Shown here in pieces: positions 38,881-50,362 of a DNA stretch of 64,000 bases; the first letter of the stretch is position 1, and each line of letters begins with the position of its first letter. Location of the stretch: NCBI RefSeq assembly GCF_018977255.1, contig NW_024704742.1:8062001-8126000 (forward strand), read 5' to 3'. Both the position numbers and the translations under genes were made by a program. The notes under the pieces were generated by a model. The model was not told where the DNA came from, did no database searches, and saw only the letters and a list, made by a program, of their open reading frames with translations. Source of the DNA: Callorhinchus milii (Eukaryota).

Positions 38881-39737
38881 GCTCTTTCTAGGGACTATGG
38901 AAAAACAACTCCCAAATCCAGACTGGATTTAAGAATTTTCCACAATTATAGGCGGTGATAAATTTGACGTCAAAACCATTTTGCAGGACAAGATTAGATG
39001 GAATTTCAGGCCTGAAAAATCCACAGCTTCTGAGCAGTATCAATTTTTATTGCCTCGTGCGTACATTCGAGAGCTGAGATTCAGTAGTTATGTGTAAGTG
39101 CATCACTTGAATAAGGAATCATCATAGAATTATTGAATTGTACAGCACAGAAGGAGGCCATTCGGCCCATTGTGTCTGTGTTAGCTCTTTTCCAATTCAA
39201 TCCCACTCCCCCCATAGCCCTGCAAACTTCTCCTCCCCAAATAATCGTCTACTCGGGGAAGATGATTAACATTTCCTGCACATCTGCATTACGTGTATAA
39301 AGTCAACGAAGAAGACTTCTTTTACACAGGTTTGAAACACACGGAAACACTTTCATTATTTCCCCAGTTTTTCTTTGTATCTGCACAGAGAAATGCAGAA
39401 GCGGATATCGCCATTTACACAGGAAACATTGGTTGAAATGAAAGCAATATGTTCAATATATTTAGGATGTTAACCATGCTAAAGTCTCTCTCAAGATCTT
39501 TTGTCATATTGAATCAGAGAAGAATCATTCATAATAATAATAATAATAACCCTTGCGTTTGATGTAGCACCTTTTCAAAGGGCTTTCATAACAATCAGTA
39601 ACTCAACAAATCTACAGATTAAGTGTGCTTTTTTGCATTGTTGTATTAAAATTAAGATTTTTTTAAAATTACAATATGAAATAAATACCGCAAAAGTATT
39701 GGACTTTTGCACACCAATGCACACTCTGGCTCTTACC

Positions 39738-40385
39738 ACAACAACAACAAATTACATTTGTATTGTGTCTTTCATATCATATCCCAAGATGCTGGACAGT
39801 CAGGGATTTGGACCCGAGCTGAGGGTTGGGATCAAGAGGGGTGGAGGGCAGGGAGGGTAAGGGTAGGAGGTTGGCGGAAGGAGGGTGGACAAAGAGGAGG
39901 GTCTTCAGATGCGCCTTGAAGGAGGCAAGGGAGGGAGCGAGGTGAAGGGAACGTGGGATGGAGTTCCAAAGAGTGATATGGTGCTAGCAGGTCACAGAGG
40001 TAGGAAGGAAGGTAGGCCATGGAGGGCTTTGAAAGTGAGGATGAGGATTTTGACCTCTGTCCTCTGGAGGATGGGGAGCCAATGGAGCCAAGAGAGCGTG
40101 GGGGTGATAGGGTCACAGAGCCTGGTGCGGGAGGGGACATGAGCTACAGTGTTCTCAATGATCTGCAGCTTGCAGGAGGAAGAGTTTTGGGAAGGCCAAC
40201 AAGCAGGGAGTTGGTGTAGTTGAGCCAAAATGCATGGATGAGGGTTTCAGTGGCCTAAGGGGAGAGGCAGTGGCAGAGCCGGGCGAAGTTGCGGAGATGG
40301 GGGAAGGCAGAGAGAGGAGGACAGAGCGGGAGTGAAGCAGGGTAGAGGACAGAGATGGGGCCATTTTGGGGTAAAGTAGCTCGGG
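39738..40385 (-). mobile_element. L2 LINE 3' fragment
   Basis: KLQIIEN..DPITPTLSWLHWLP..KILILTFKALHGL plus tail. Confidence 0.88.
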
Positions 40386-40608
40386 TCAGGGGCTGCGTTG
40401 TGTGCCACTCACACATTGAAATACCCTCCAGAATCTAGCCCCAAACCTACGAAATGAAAGCTTTCCGTCTCTGCTGGCTGTAAGAATCCTGTGTCCCAAT
40501 CCAATTCCTAGTGAATGTGTGGGCCCAAAGCATAAATCTGTCCTTAATTCAGCTTTACATTGGAAATCTAAGAGAACAGACAAGGACTGGTGGTGTGGAA
40601 CACATAAA

Positions 40609-40840
40609 GCCTGAAATTTCTCTTGGTCTTAGCCTGTAAGAAAGACTATCTTGCTTTAAAATTTGACACTGTTGAACTTGAGCATTTAATCTGAGATCGT
40701 GCAGTATTGTGTCAAATTCTTAATACACTCAGTTTGGTGGCTGAGGTTTCTGCAGTTGTTCAAAAGAACCGTTTCCTAACTAAGACTGAATTTAAGAATT
40801 TTACACAGCTCTGCACAATCTCACAGGTGGAATTTGGGCC
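40609..40840. mobile_element. Palindromic MITE-like element (family 2); related pieces at 4955-5125, 26690-26815 and 38895-39012
   Basis: Ends GCCTGAAATTTC..GGAATTTGGGCC; internal inverted core AAATTCTTAA(A)TACA.. / ..AGACTGAATTTAAGAATTT shared with the other loci. Confidence 0.5.
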
Positions 40841-41052
40841 TTTAATGTGTCGCACTGGTGTGGTGCCCAATTCTCTTGGGAGGTGGGGGTGGGTGGGGGT
40901 GGGTGGGGGGGGGGGTGGGATGAGGGGAGATACATCGATGGGACAGGCTATAAACTGTGCAGCTTTGGAATAAGGTTGCGTTGCATCTGACCTAGAATTG
41001 CTGAGTTGACGATTGAAAAAGTGTCAATTGTCCAGCGCTCACAATCTCACTT

Positions 41053-41378
41053 AATAATAATAATAATAATCCTTGCATTTGATATAGCGCTTTTCACGTC
41101 GGGAGGACGTCCCAAAGCGCTTCACAGAACACACTGTAAAGTGAATTGACTGTATATTTGTGGGCGAACGCGGCAGCCAATTGCGCACAGCAATGTCCCA
41201 CAAACAGTCGTAGATTGAAAATGACCAATTTATTATTGTTTTTGGTTTTTGGAGGGATTATTATTAGGCTCTGTGTGGAGTAAGGAAACTTGCCCAAGGT
41301 TTCGCCCTCTGCCTGGAATTGAACTCAGGTCTCTCACTTGCAAAGCGAGTGCTCTAACCACTGAGCTACAGGACTCCA
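41053..41378 (-). mobile_element. Young SINE subfamily, copy C
   Basis: Same diagnostics as copies A and B. Confidence 0.93.
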
Positions 41379-41914
41379 CTTCAATGAGAAAAACACTCAC
41401 CCCTCTGCAGAACACCCCGAATAGAATTTGTGCGCAAATTTTTATCGACAGTGAGCAAACCCGCTTAAAGCTTCCCGATAAGGCAAACGATAATTTGTTG
41501 GCAAGTTCAATAAGCAGCGAGGGGGAGAGGAAGGGAGCCATAGAGATAGACCCAGAGGATAAATACAATTAAAACATAAGCAGCAAAAAGAAACGGAATT
41601 GAATCAGAGAACTCTGATGATAAACAAAATAATTATAATAATAATTCTTGCATCTGATATATTGCCTTTCGCATTGGGAGAATGTCTCAAAAAACTTCGC
41701 TGGACACAGTGGGAAGTACGTGTGTGTTTGTAGGTGAATGTGGTGGGCAATTTGCACGCAGCAATGGAAGTGAGCGATCAATTTGGGGGATTGTTGGCCA
41801 GGATACCTCAGTACAGCAATTCCATGCCGAAGAGAGCAGAGCAAAGGGAACGATCGACTGTGTTTAACTTGCTAGAACTGGAGCAGCACTGTCCGAGAAT
41901 CCACTGAAGAACGA

Positions 41915-42305
41915 CGTGCGCCTCCTGCCCTCGCACCTCCCTATCTATCTGACCTGCTTACCCTCATCCCAACCCCCCCCCCCCCCCATTCCACCACCCG
42001 CTGCCTCCGCCCGGCTGGCTCCAGCCTCCTGTTCGTCCCTCGTGTCCTCCTCTCCACCCTCGGTTGCCGTGCCTTTAGCCACTACTCCCCGAAACTCTCT
42101 CCCTTAATCCCTCCGCCTCGCCCCCCCCCCCCACCCCCCCCACCCCCCCCCCCCCCCCCGCCTAAATATCTTCCACTCTTGATCGTGCTTACAGTCACCC
42201 ACCCCTCTCCCCTTGGACTCATAATCAGACTCCGCCATGGCCAAGCACTCCGAGACGCTACCTCACGTGAAGGGGCGCGATATAAATACAAGTTGTTGCT
42301 GTTGT
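41915..42305 (+). mobile_element. Degraded L2 3' end containing poly-C tracts (about 42119-42160)
   Basis: L2 ORF2-end remnants and tail CACGTGAAGGGGCGCGATATAAATACAAGTTGTTG. Confidence 0.65.
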
Positions 42306-42949
42306 TTTGGGGGTCGGGTGCAAAGCACTCGCTGGGAAGGTGCTCACTGGGAAATAAAAATAAACGGGCGCAGGTTCGGGGTCAAAACCTCCAAACCGGG
42401 CTTCTTCAGATGACGGAGATAAGAATGTTCACCGGCAGCAACTGGCAGAAGACCAAGGAACAGTCAACTCTCTATCGACTGAACTGAGAAATGGGTTATC
42501 TATGAGTGGAGGGATCATTAAATTCAATGAAAGATAATTTGTCAAGAGGCACAAGATATGTCGACTGAGATTACACGGGCTCTGTCTCACTTTCACTGGC
42601 AAGATGATGAAAAGCCTAACTGCTGTGAGAAAATAAAGCTGTAGCGGCGAAGAGCTGCCACATGAGTCGACAGACAGCAATGATTACTTCTATATCTGCT
42701 ACCTTCAGCCACCGGGGACACTTTACTGTTCCTTGCTTGTTCTAACATCAAAGGAAACCAAGAAAACCGGCTGACCTGGAAGCAGGGCTGGTTTCTAGCT
42801 TAAAGGGGAAAAAAAATTCCAGCTCCGTCCGCAGTGACCGGGAAATAAAATCGGGAATTGAAATTAAAAAATTGAGGTTGATGTGTTTTGGGCTGAATGT
42901 TTATGCAATGTAATATTTACAAACACAACTTTACAATCTCCAGTGCCTC

Positions 42950-44150
42950 TTAATAATAATAATAATAATAATAATTGCATTTGATCTAGCGCCTCATCAT
43001 GTCACTGAGACGTCTCAAAGCGCTTCACGGAATATACTGTAAAGTGGAGTGACTGTGGTTGAAACAGCAGTATCCCACAAACAGTTGTGGATTGAGTGAA
43101 CTTTACAGTATATTCTTTAAGACATCTCAACGACGTGATAAGGTGCTGTATCAAGTGCAAGGATTCATCTTATTATTATTACATAATAATATCCGTTAGA
43201 AGTCAAAGCAAAGTGCTTCGAAAATGTTTGGACACAATAAAGCACAGTGTTGAATAAGAATTATAATCTGTTATGTGTTATGTCCTCTCAGTTTTAATCC
43301 TGTCAATCCTGGTTTGATCTCTGAATGCTCTATTCACATTTTCCTTCTGAACAATTATTTTGTACTTCCAAAAATAATAATAACAATAATAATCCTTGCA
43401 TTTGATATAGCGCCTTATAACATCTTCGCGACATCTCAAATCCCTTCACAGAATATACTGTAAAGTGAATTGACTGTATATTTTGTGGGCGAAATGCGGC
43501 AGCCAATTGCGCACAGCAGCGTCCCCACAAACAGTCGTGGATTGAGTGATCAAATTATTATTTTTTTGAAGGCATTATTTCCTTCCTTCATTATTTTTTG
43601 AAGGATTATTCCTAATAGTCCTTAATAATCCTTGCATTTGATATAGTATTTTTTCATGTCTCAAAGCGCTTCACAGAATAGACCATAAAGTGAATTGACT
43701 ATATTTGTGGGTGAAACGCAGCAGCCATTTGTGCACAGCAGTGTCCCACAGACAACTGTGGATTGAGTGACCAATTTTTTTTTCTTTTTTGTCTTGAGGG
43801 ATTATTATCAGGCGTGTGGAGTAAGGAAACTTGCCCAAGGTTTTGCCCTGCCAGAAATCGAACCCAGGTCTCTCGCTTGCGAGGCAAGTGCTCTAATCAC
43901 TGAGCTACAGGACATCACTAATAATACTACTAATAATGCATGCCTTCATTAGATAGATCATGCACAGTATCCATTGAACTGGAAGCCATCGTTTTCTCCC
44001 ACTTTTGAATGAGGCATTTCAAGAATTGCGCACAGCAATGTCCCACAAACAGTCGTAGATTTAGTGAACAAATTCAAAAATACATCAATTTTGAAGAGGT
44101 TATTACCCCCGGAAAAGCGATCCGCTAATCGACTAACAGTCGGGTTCCTA
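42950..44150 (-). mobile_element. Cluster of at least five SINE pieces (full short form at 43623-43912)
   Basis: Repeated family tail, body and head motifs. Confidence 0.85.
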
Positions 44151-45374
44151 CTTGTCTCTTGTCCAACTCCAAACACTGAGCAGCAGTGGGGGAAGAAACA
44201 AGAGTTACACACCTAGAAAAGCACAAACAGAACAACACAGCTTCAGAAGAGATCAGGAATTGCATAAGAACATAAGAATTTGCTGGATGAAAGAAGACCA
44301 AGGTCCATCCCGTTCTCTTTCCGCTACCCTGGCAATTATACTGTGTCCCGAGATATTATTTCTTAACAGAAATCTATCTAATTTGTTCTTGAAAGATTTA
44401 GATAATAATAAAAAAATATATTTTTATTATAATGGCATCTGCATTTTTTGCCAGTTTTTTTCTTCCACTGTCTTGTCCTTCTCCTCTCCTAACGCTGTTT
44501 GACTGTTTCTCCCTTTTTTGTTGATTTGTCTTCCATGGCCTTAGTCACCCTTCATTATCTCAACCCAGAGTTTCAGAGCTGACTGTTTCTGTTTCGGGCT
44601 TGGTATTGTATTTTTTTGGTTCTGATTCCTGTTAGCCTGATAGAGAGTCCTGAGGGGATTGTATATACTGTACAAACTTTATATACACACACACACACAC
44701 TTGCTTTATATGTAAATTTCTTTTGAACTAAAAGTGGATCGACTATTTTAAGAACATATCCAGAATAAATATCTCTGTAGACCCAGGCAAGAGTATTTTG
44801 CTGTCCTGTGCAGAAATATTCTCAATTTTGTTGCTTTCAAGAAATACAACAAACACTGGCTGTTTCTGTTTCGGGTTGGGTATTTTTTGGGTTCTGATTC
44901 CTGTTAGCCTGATAGAGACTGTAGGTTTCTGACAGTCCCCTTCGGTGGTTATTCAGTGTTTACCCGATAGATAAACCTGTGTTTTTGTCAGATCTTTGAT
45001 GAGTTGGCTCTCTAGAATTAAAGGAGCTAGAAAACACTGACGGCTCGTTTCTGTCGATCGTGATATGTTAATGTCTCCTTCTGCCAGAAGGTTTTTTTGT
45101 CCGTTAGTTATGCCTTTGAGGTGTGGTTTCTGTCAGCTTTTCTCCTTTAATTTTCCCGCTTTCCTGAAGACGTTTGATTAAATTTTCCTTCCGTTGGGGT
45201 AGAATACAATGCAAATTTACGTCTGTCACATCAAGAAGATGCCCCAAAGATCTTAACGATCCTGGTTTGGCAACTGAGCTGGGCACACTTTAGGGGAATC
45301 ATCCACCATATCTAAACTAAGTAAAACCATTATTATAATACCAAGAAATGCATTGATGTAGCCCCTTGCAGATT

Positions 45375-46025
45375 GGAGTCCTGTAGCTCAGTGGTTAGAG
45401 CACTTGCCTGTCAAGCGAGAAGATCCGGGTTCGATTCCCCGGTCGGGCGAAACGTTGGTCAAGTTTCCTTACTCCACACGCCTCTGTTTACCTAGCAGTA
45501 AGTAGGAACTGTGAGTAGCTTAGTCGATTTGCGGCTTGATTTTTCGGGGGTAATAATCCCTTCAAAAAACACATTTTAAAAAATCTGGTCACTCAATCCG
45601 CGACTGTTTGTGGGATACTGTCAAGACAGAGTTCATTGTGGGTTTCAAGACAGAAGTAGACATGTATATATGAAGGATAGGGGTTTGAAGGGGGTGAGGG
45701 GATAATGCAGACTTGATGGGCTGAATGGTCTCCTTCTGTAAATTTCTATTTTTGCGTTTCACCCACAAAATCATAATAGTAATCCTTGCATTTGATATAG
45801 TGCCTTATCACGTCTTCGAGGCGTCTCAAAGCGCTTCACAGAATATACTGTAAAGTGAATTGACTGTATGTTTTGTGGGCGAAATGCAGCAACCAATTGC
45901 TCACAGCAGCGTCCCACAAACAGCCGTGGAATGAAGTGACTAATTTATTATTACTTTTTATTTATTTACCCCCGGAAAAGCAATCTGCCAATCGACTAAC
46001 AACCGGGTTCCTACTTACTGCTTAG
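45375..46025. mobile_element. Convergent SINE pair (+ 45375-45772 with CR1 tail insert 45625-45750; - 45773-46025)
   Basis: Family motifs on opposite strands; CR1 GATGGGCTGAATGGTCTCCTTCTG in the insert. Confidence 0.8.
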
Positions 46026-46744
46026 TAACGGTGCTACCTGTTCATCCCCACTATTTTGTGTGTATATACAGTATATATTTATGTGCATGTATGCCAGATT
46101 TCAATATGGCTGTTCTCGTGAATTCCACCCGTAATAAGCCTTGTTCATGCTGCCATCTGCTGTCCGTTCAGTAAAATAAACCCAATTATCCTGGCAGCAT
46201 GGCAGATGGTTAAAGAGGTCTTTGAAGTCGTTGACATCCTCTTGGAACGTTTCCTGTTGTCCTCAGAAACAAGCCCCATTTGTTATTACAGCAAATGCAT
46301 TTATACTCCGACAGAGTGAGGACTGGAGGTACTGGAACACATTGGGGTTGGGATGCTTTTACTGGATAGAGGAGTGAAGCCAGAACTATGCTTTCAGAAA
46401 CTCCAAGGCCAAGAAATATGTGCAGGCTTGTGAAATATGTCAGGAAATATTTCTTTACCCAGAGGGAAAATGTTACCAGGAAGGATGGTTGAGGTCAGGA
46501 ATCCGGGCACATTTAAGAACAGCTTGATGCTAAAATGGGAATAGAGTAAGTTTGGCAAACCGTTCTGAAAATATGAGATCGAATCAGCCAAAGTGCCTTC
46601 TTTGTTCAGTTCTGCTATCTATAATAATAATCCTTACATTTGGTATAGCGCCTTTAACATTGGGAGGATGTCCCGAAAAGCTTTATAAGAATGCTGTAAA
46701 GTTTTAGACTGTTTTGTGGATAAACGTGGCAGCCAATTTGCACA

Positions 46745-47200
46745 TGACCTTCACCCACTCCTCACGCCCCCCGACCCGACCCCCTCCCGAATACCCTTCT
46801 ATTCCCCTCTCCCACATGTGAAGGTCTAGCTTCCTCTTAAATGCATCTACACTGTCTGATTCAAACAGTTTCAGGCAGCAAGTCTCACAATCTCACTCCC
46901 CTCTGCGTGAAGTAGTTCCTCCTAAATTTTCTTTTAGATCTCCTGGTCGCTCTCGTATACTTGTGTCCCCGGTTATGGACTCCCCAAACCCTTGGAAACA
47001 GCCTATGTAAAACTTAGCAAAATCTTTTATAATTTTAAACACTTCTATTAGGTCCCCCCTTAAATGTCTCTTCTCTAGTGAAAAAAGACCTAACCTATCC
47101 AGTCTATTCTGATAAGACTAACTTGCCAGCCCTGATATCATCCTCATAGACCCGCACAGTACTCTTTCCATTGCTATTATATCCATCTTATAGGGTGGAG
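46745..47200 (-). mobile_element. Old CR1 LINE 3' fragment
   Basis: Reverse strand FSLEKRHLRGDLIEVFKIIK motif. Confidence 0.75.
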
Positions 47201-49819
47201 TTCATGAAGTCATTTAATACCTAATATGCCATTCATCACTTCTCTGCACAACTCAAGCATATTCCTCAGTTTCTTTGCAGAGTGAAATCCGTGCCAATAT
47301 TTTCCCATAAAACAAATTTGACATCATCACACCTTAACTTGTCCAAATGTTTCAAAGTGCTTCACTGAGATTTTGGAAAAGTGCACTGTATTTGTAGATG
47401 AATATAACTATTGAATTCTGTCTCACAAAAACTCATGAAGTGAAAGAGTTTTTTTTAATCTGGGGGAATTGTTATAACAACAACAATTTGCACTTTATAA
47501 GGCACCCTCCAGGCAGGATAGCATCTCAGAGCACTTAACAGTGGGGGAGGTGACCATAAGCACGGTCGAAGAAGAAGGGGAGAGAGGGATTGAGAGAGTG
47601 TTCCAGGGTTTCGGAGCGTAATAATGTTTGCAACCGGGAGAGCACGTCAAAGCGCTTCACAGGATTTACTATAAGATGTAGTGACTGTGTAAATGTAGGT
47701 GAATGCGGCAGTCCGAGCGCGCACAGCAACGTCCCACAAATAGCCATGAAAAAAATGAATTTCATTGGCCAGTTGGCCAGGACACTGGGGGGAAAAAAAG
47801 AGCTCCCTCCTCTTTTCGAATAGCGTCATGGGATCTTTTAATGTTAGCACGAATAGGGCACACGGGACCTCCGGTTAATGTCTCCATCCAAAGGATGGCA
47901 CCTTAGACAACTCCGCACACCTCCAGCTTTCCCCAACGTGGGGCAGGTCTCACACCAGTGCAGATGTGATGGACTGAGCAATGTATGTAACATCGTGACT
48001 CCCATCGTTCAGAGTGGTCCCTCCAGTGGGCAGAACTGGCAATGCTCGTCTGATCGGGTAAATGGCCTCAGGTCAAGGCTACTGTTCAAACCCACGCTCC
48101 TGCCTGATCCACTGGCACTCGGGCTCTGTGCCTGTATCCACACGTTTGCGTCATGTGAAGGCCCTGATTAATAAAACACCTTCAACATTCAGTGTCTTAT
48201 TTTTGCTTCTATTTGACGCTTATCTAATAATTATCCTAATAATAATTTGGTCACTTCAACCCCCGACTGTTTGTGGGACGCTGCTGTGCGCAATTGGCTG
48301 CCGCGTTTCACCCACAAAACATAGTCAATTTACTTTAGTTTATTCTGTGTAGCAATTTGAGACGTCTCGGAGACCTGATGAGGCGCTATATCAAATGCAA
48401 GGATTATTATTAGATTATTATAAATTCAAGATCCAGATTTATGAGTAAATTTGCAAGGCAATTTGACAATGGTGTGATCTTGTATACAATATTGTATACT
48501 ATATATATGTATATAGAGAGAGGACCTGAAAAGAGCTGTATCAAATTCAAGGATTATTATTATTATAAAAGCTGCAAAATGAGCAGATTACAACACTATG
48601 CCAATCAGTGTAGATTCATTTGAGAGAGGTGGGGAGATTACAACAAATCCAATACCTTACAAAACGTTTTCCAGAAATATTTAATTAACAAACATTGAAA
48701 TAACATTTCTATTTTACAACAATAGAGAAAAACTCAACTTACAACAATGTATTTTGTACAGGCATTCATTCCTCCAACTGAAATAAAAACACTCAATCCA
48801 TGATTGTTTGCGGGACATAGCTGTGCACAATTGGGTGCCGCGTTTCACCCACAAAATACAGTCAATCCATTTTAGAATATATGCTGTGAAGCGCGTGAAG
48901 ACACCTCAACAACGTGATACAAATGCAAAGATTATGATTATGATTATTATGAAGGATTGAGATTTTACTGACGAGTGGAATACCACTGAGCTATAGGACT
49001 CCACAATATTAACCATGCAATAATAGTGTAAACATCTTCCATTTCCCACACCAACCACTCTGTGGTTTCTCTGCCCCAGTGCCAGTTTATAAGGATGAAC
49101 ATAGCACAATCGCCTTTTTTAAAATCAAGCCCAAATTGCTGAAATTTAAATCAATATTATCTGTTGGTTATTAAGAATCGAACCTGAAATTCAAGTTTTG
49201 ATCATCTTAAACCTTTATTAAAATATATAGATGTGGATCCATTGAACAAAACTGCCTCCAGTTTATCATCAATTGCTAATCTGACTCGAAGAATACAAAT
49301 CACTGGAATGGGAACGGTTATGTTAATAATAATCCTTGCATTTGATTTAGCACCTCATCACATCGTTGAAACATCTCAAAGCGCTTCACAGAATATATTG
49401 CAAAGTGGATTGACTGTGTACTTTATGGGCGGAATGCGTTGTATATTGTAGAAGAGGGTGCTTTTCTGAGATTGAGACGAGGACACATCACTCAGGCAGC
49501 TTTACCCTTTTATCTGATTGTACGTGGCCAACGCAAATACTGGATACCTGAAATGAATGTGTTCCAATTATGAGCAACCCTTGCCTTGAGTGCAAAATTC
49601 ACTGGAGAGGAGAAAACGATTATCAATTTAGCTCTGGACTCAAAAGGAAAAGCCACGTATAAAACCCAGTCCCTTTGGGAAAAAAGGTGATATGCACTGT
49701 ATCAATATAACTATGGGAAGGCAGTAAAGATAGCGTGTCCCACTACCTACGTTTGACAAACACAACTAGTTGTTTCAGAAGAGCACAGTTGTTCTCATAT
49801 TTTTCCTTTCCTTTCTTTT

Positions 49820-49991
49820 ACCCCCGGAAAAGCGACCCGTCAATCAACTAACAAACGATTCCTATTTGCTGCGAGGTAAGCAGAGTTGCGTGGAGTAAGG
49901 AAACTTGTCCAACGTTTCTCCCTGCCAGGAATCGAACCCAGGTCCTCTCGCTTGCGAGGCGAATGCTCTAACCACTGAGCTACAGGACTCC
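49820..49991 (-). mobile_element. tRNA-headed SINE 5' half
   Basis: GGAGTCCTGTAGCTCAGTGGTTAGAG..GGTTCGATTCC head on the minus strand, just beyond the candidate CENP-C poly(A) signal. Confidence 0.88.
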
Positions 49992-50022
49992 GGTGTATTT
50001 ATGATATTTTTGAACAATAACA

Positions 50023-50028
50023 TTTATT
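50023..50028 (-). terminator. Candidate polyadenylation signal (AATAAA) of CENP-C
   Basis: TTTATT on the plus strand, about 250 nt downstream of the stop codon, in AT-rich UTR-like sequence. Confidence 0.5.
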
Positions 50029-50276
50029 CTTTAATTAACCAATAACAAACGAAAGACATTTATAATAAATGAGCAGGTCTATCAGGCTGTACATCAGCTC
50101 ACACTTCTTTAGAGCTTTGTTCATATAGCAAAAACACAGAATTACAGTAGTCCAAAATGTCTCAAAATAAAATTAATATTTTAATTCAGAAAAATAAGGC
50201 ACAAATATATAAACTATAGTAATGACACAATAACTGCTCCTCAAAAATGTTCCCCCACCCCCACCCAATAGTTTTG

Positions 50277-50362
50277 CTATTGATTCACATCCGGATGTTT
50301 CAACTGGGTGAAAAAAAGAATTGCTGGGAAGTTCAGAGAATTTGTAATATTGTAGGGATTAC
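50277..50362 (-). CDS. CENPC: CENP-C terminal coding exon
   Basis: Acceptor CTCCTTTTGCAG|GT; encodes GNPYNITNSLNFPAILFFTQLKHPDVNQ followed by TAG at 50279-50277. Confidence 0.92.

Noticed and set aside
29597..41572. Recurrent similar peptides (e.g. [27 protein letters not shown]) suggesting a gene family
   Set aside because: They are translations of SINE copies.
42119..42160. Long poly-C run (G-quadruplex potential)
   Set aside because: It is a low-complexity expansion within a degraded L2 end, homopolymer length is error-prone, and there is no evidence of function.
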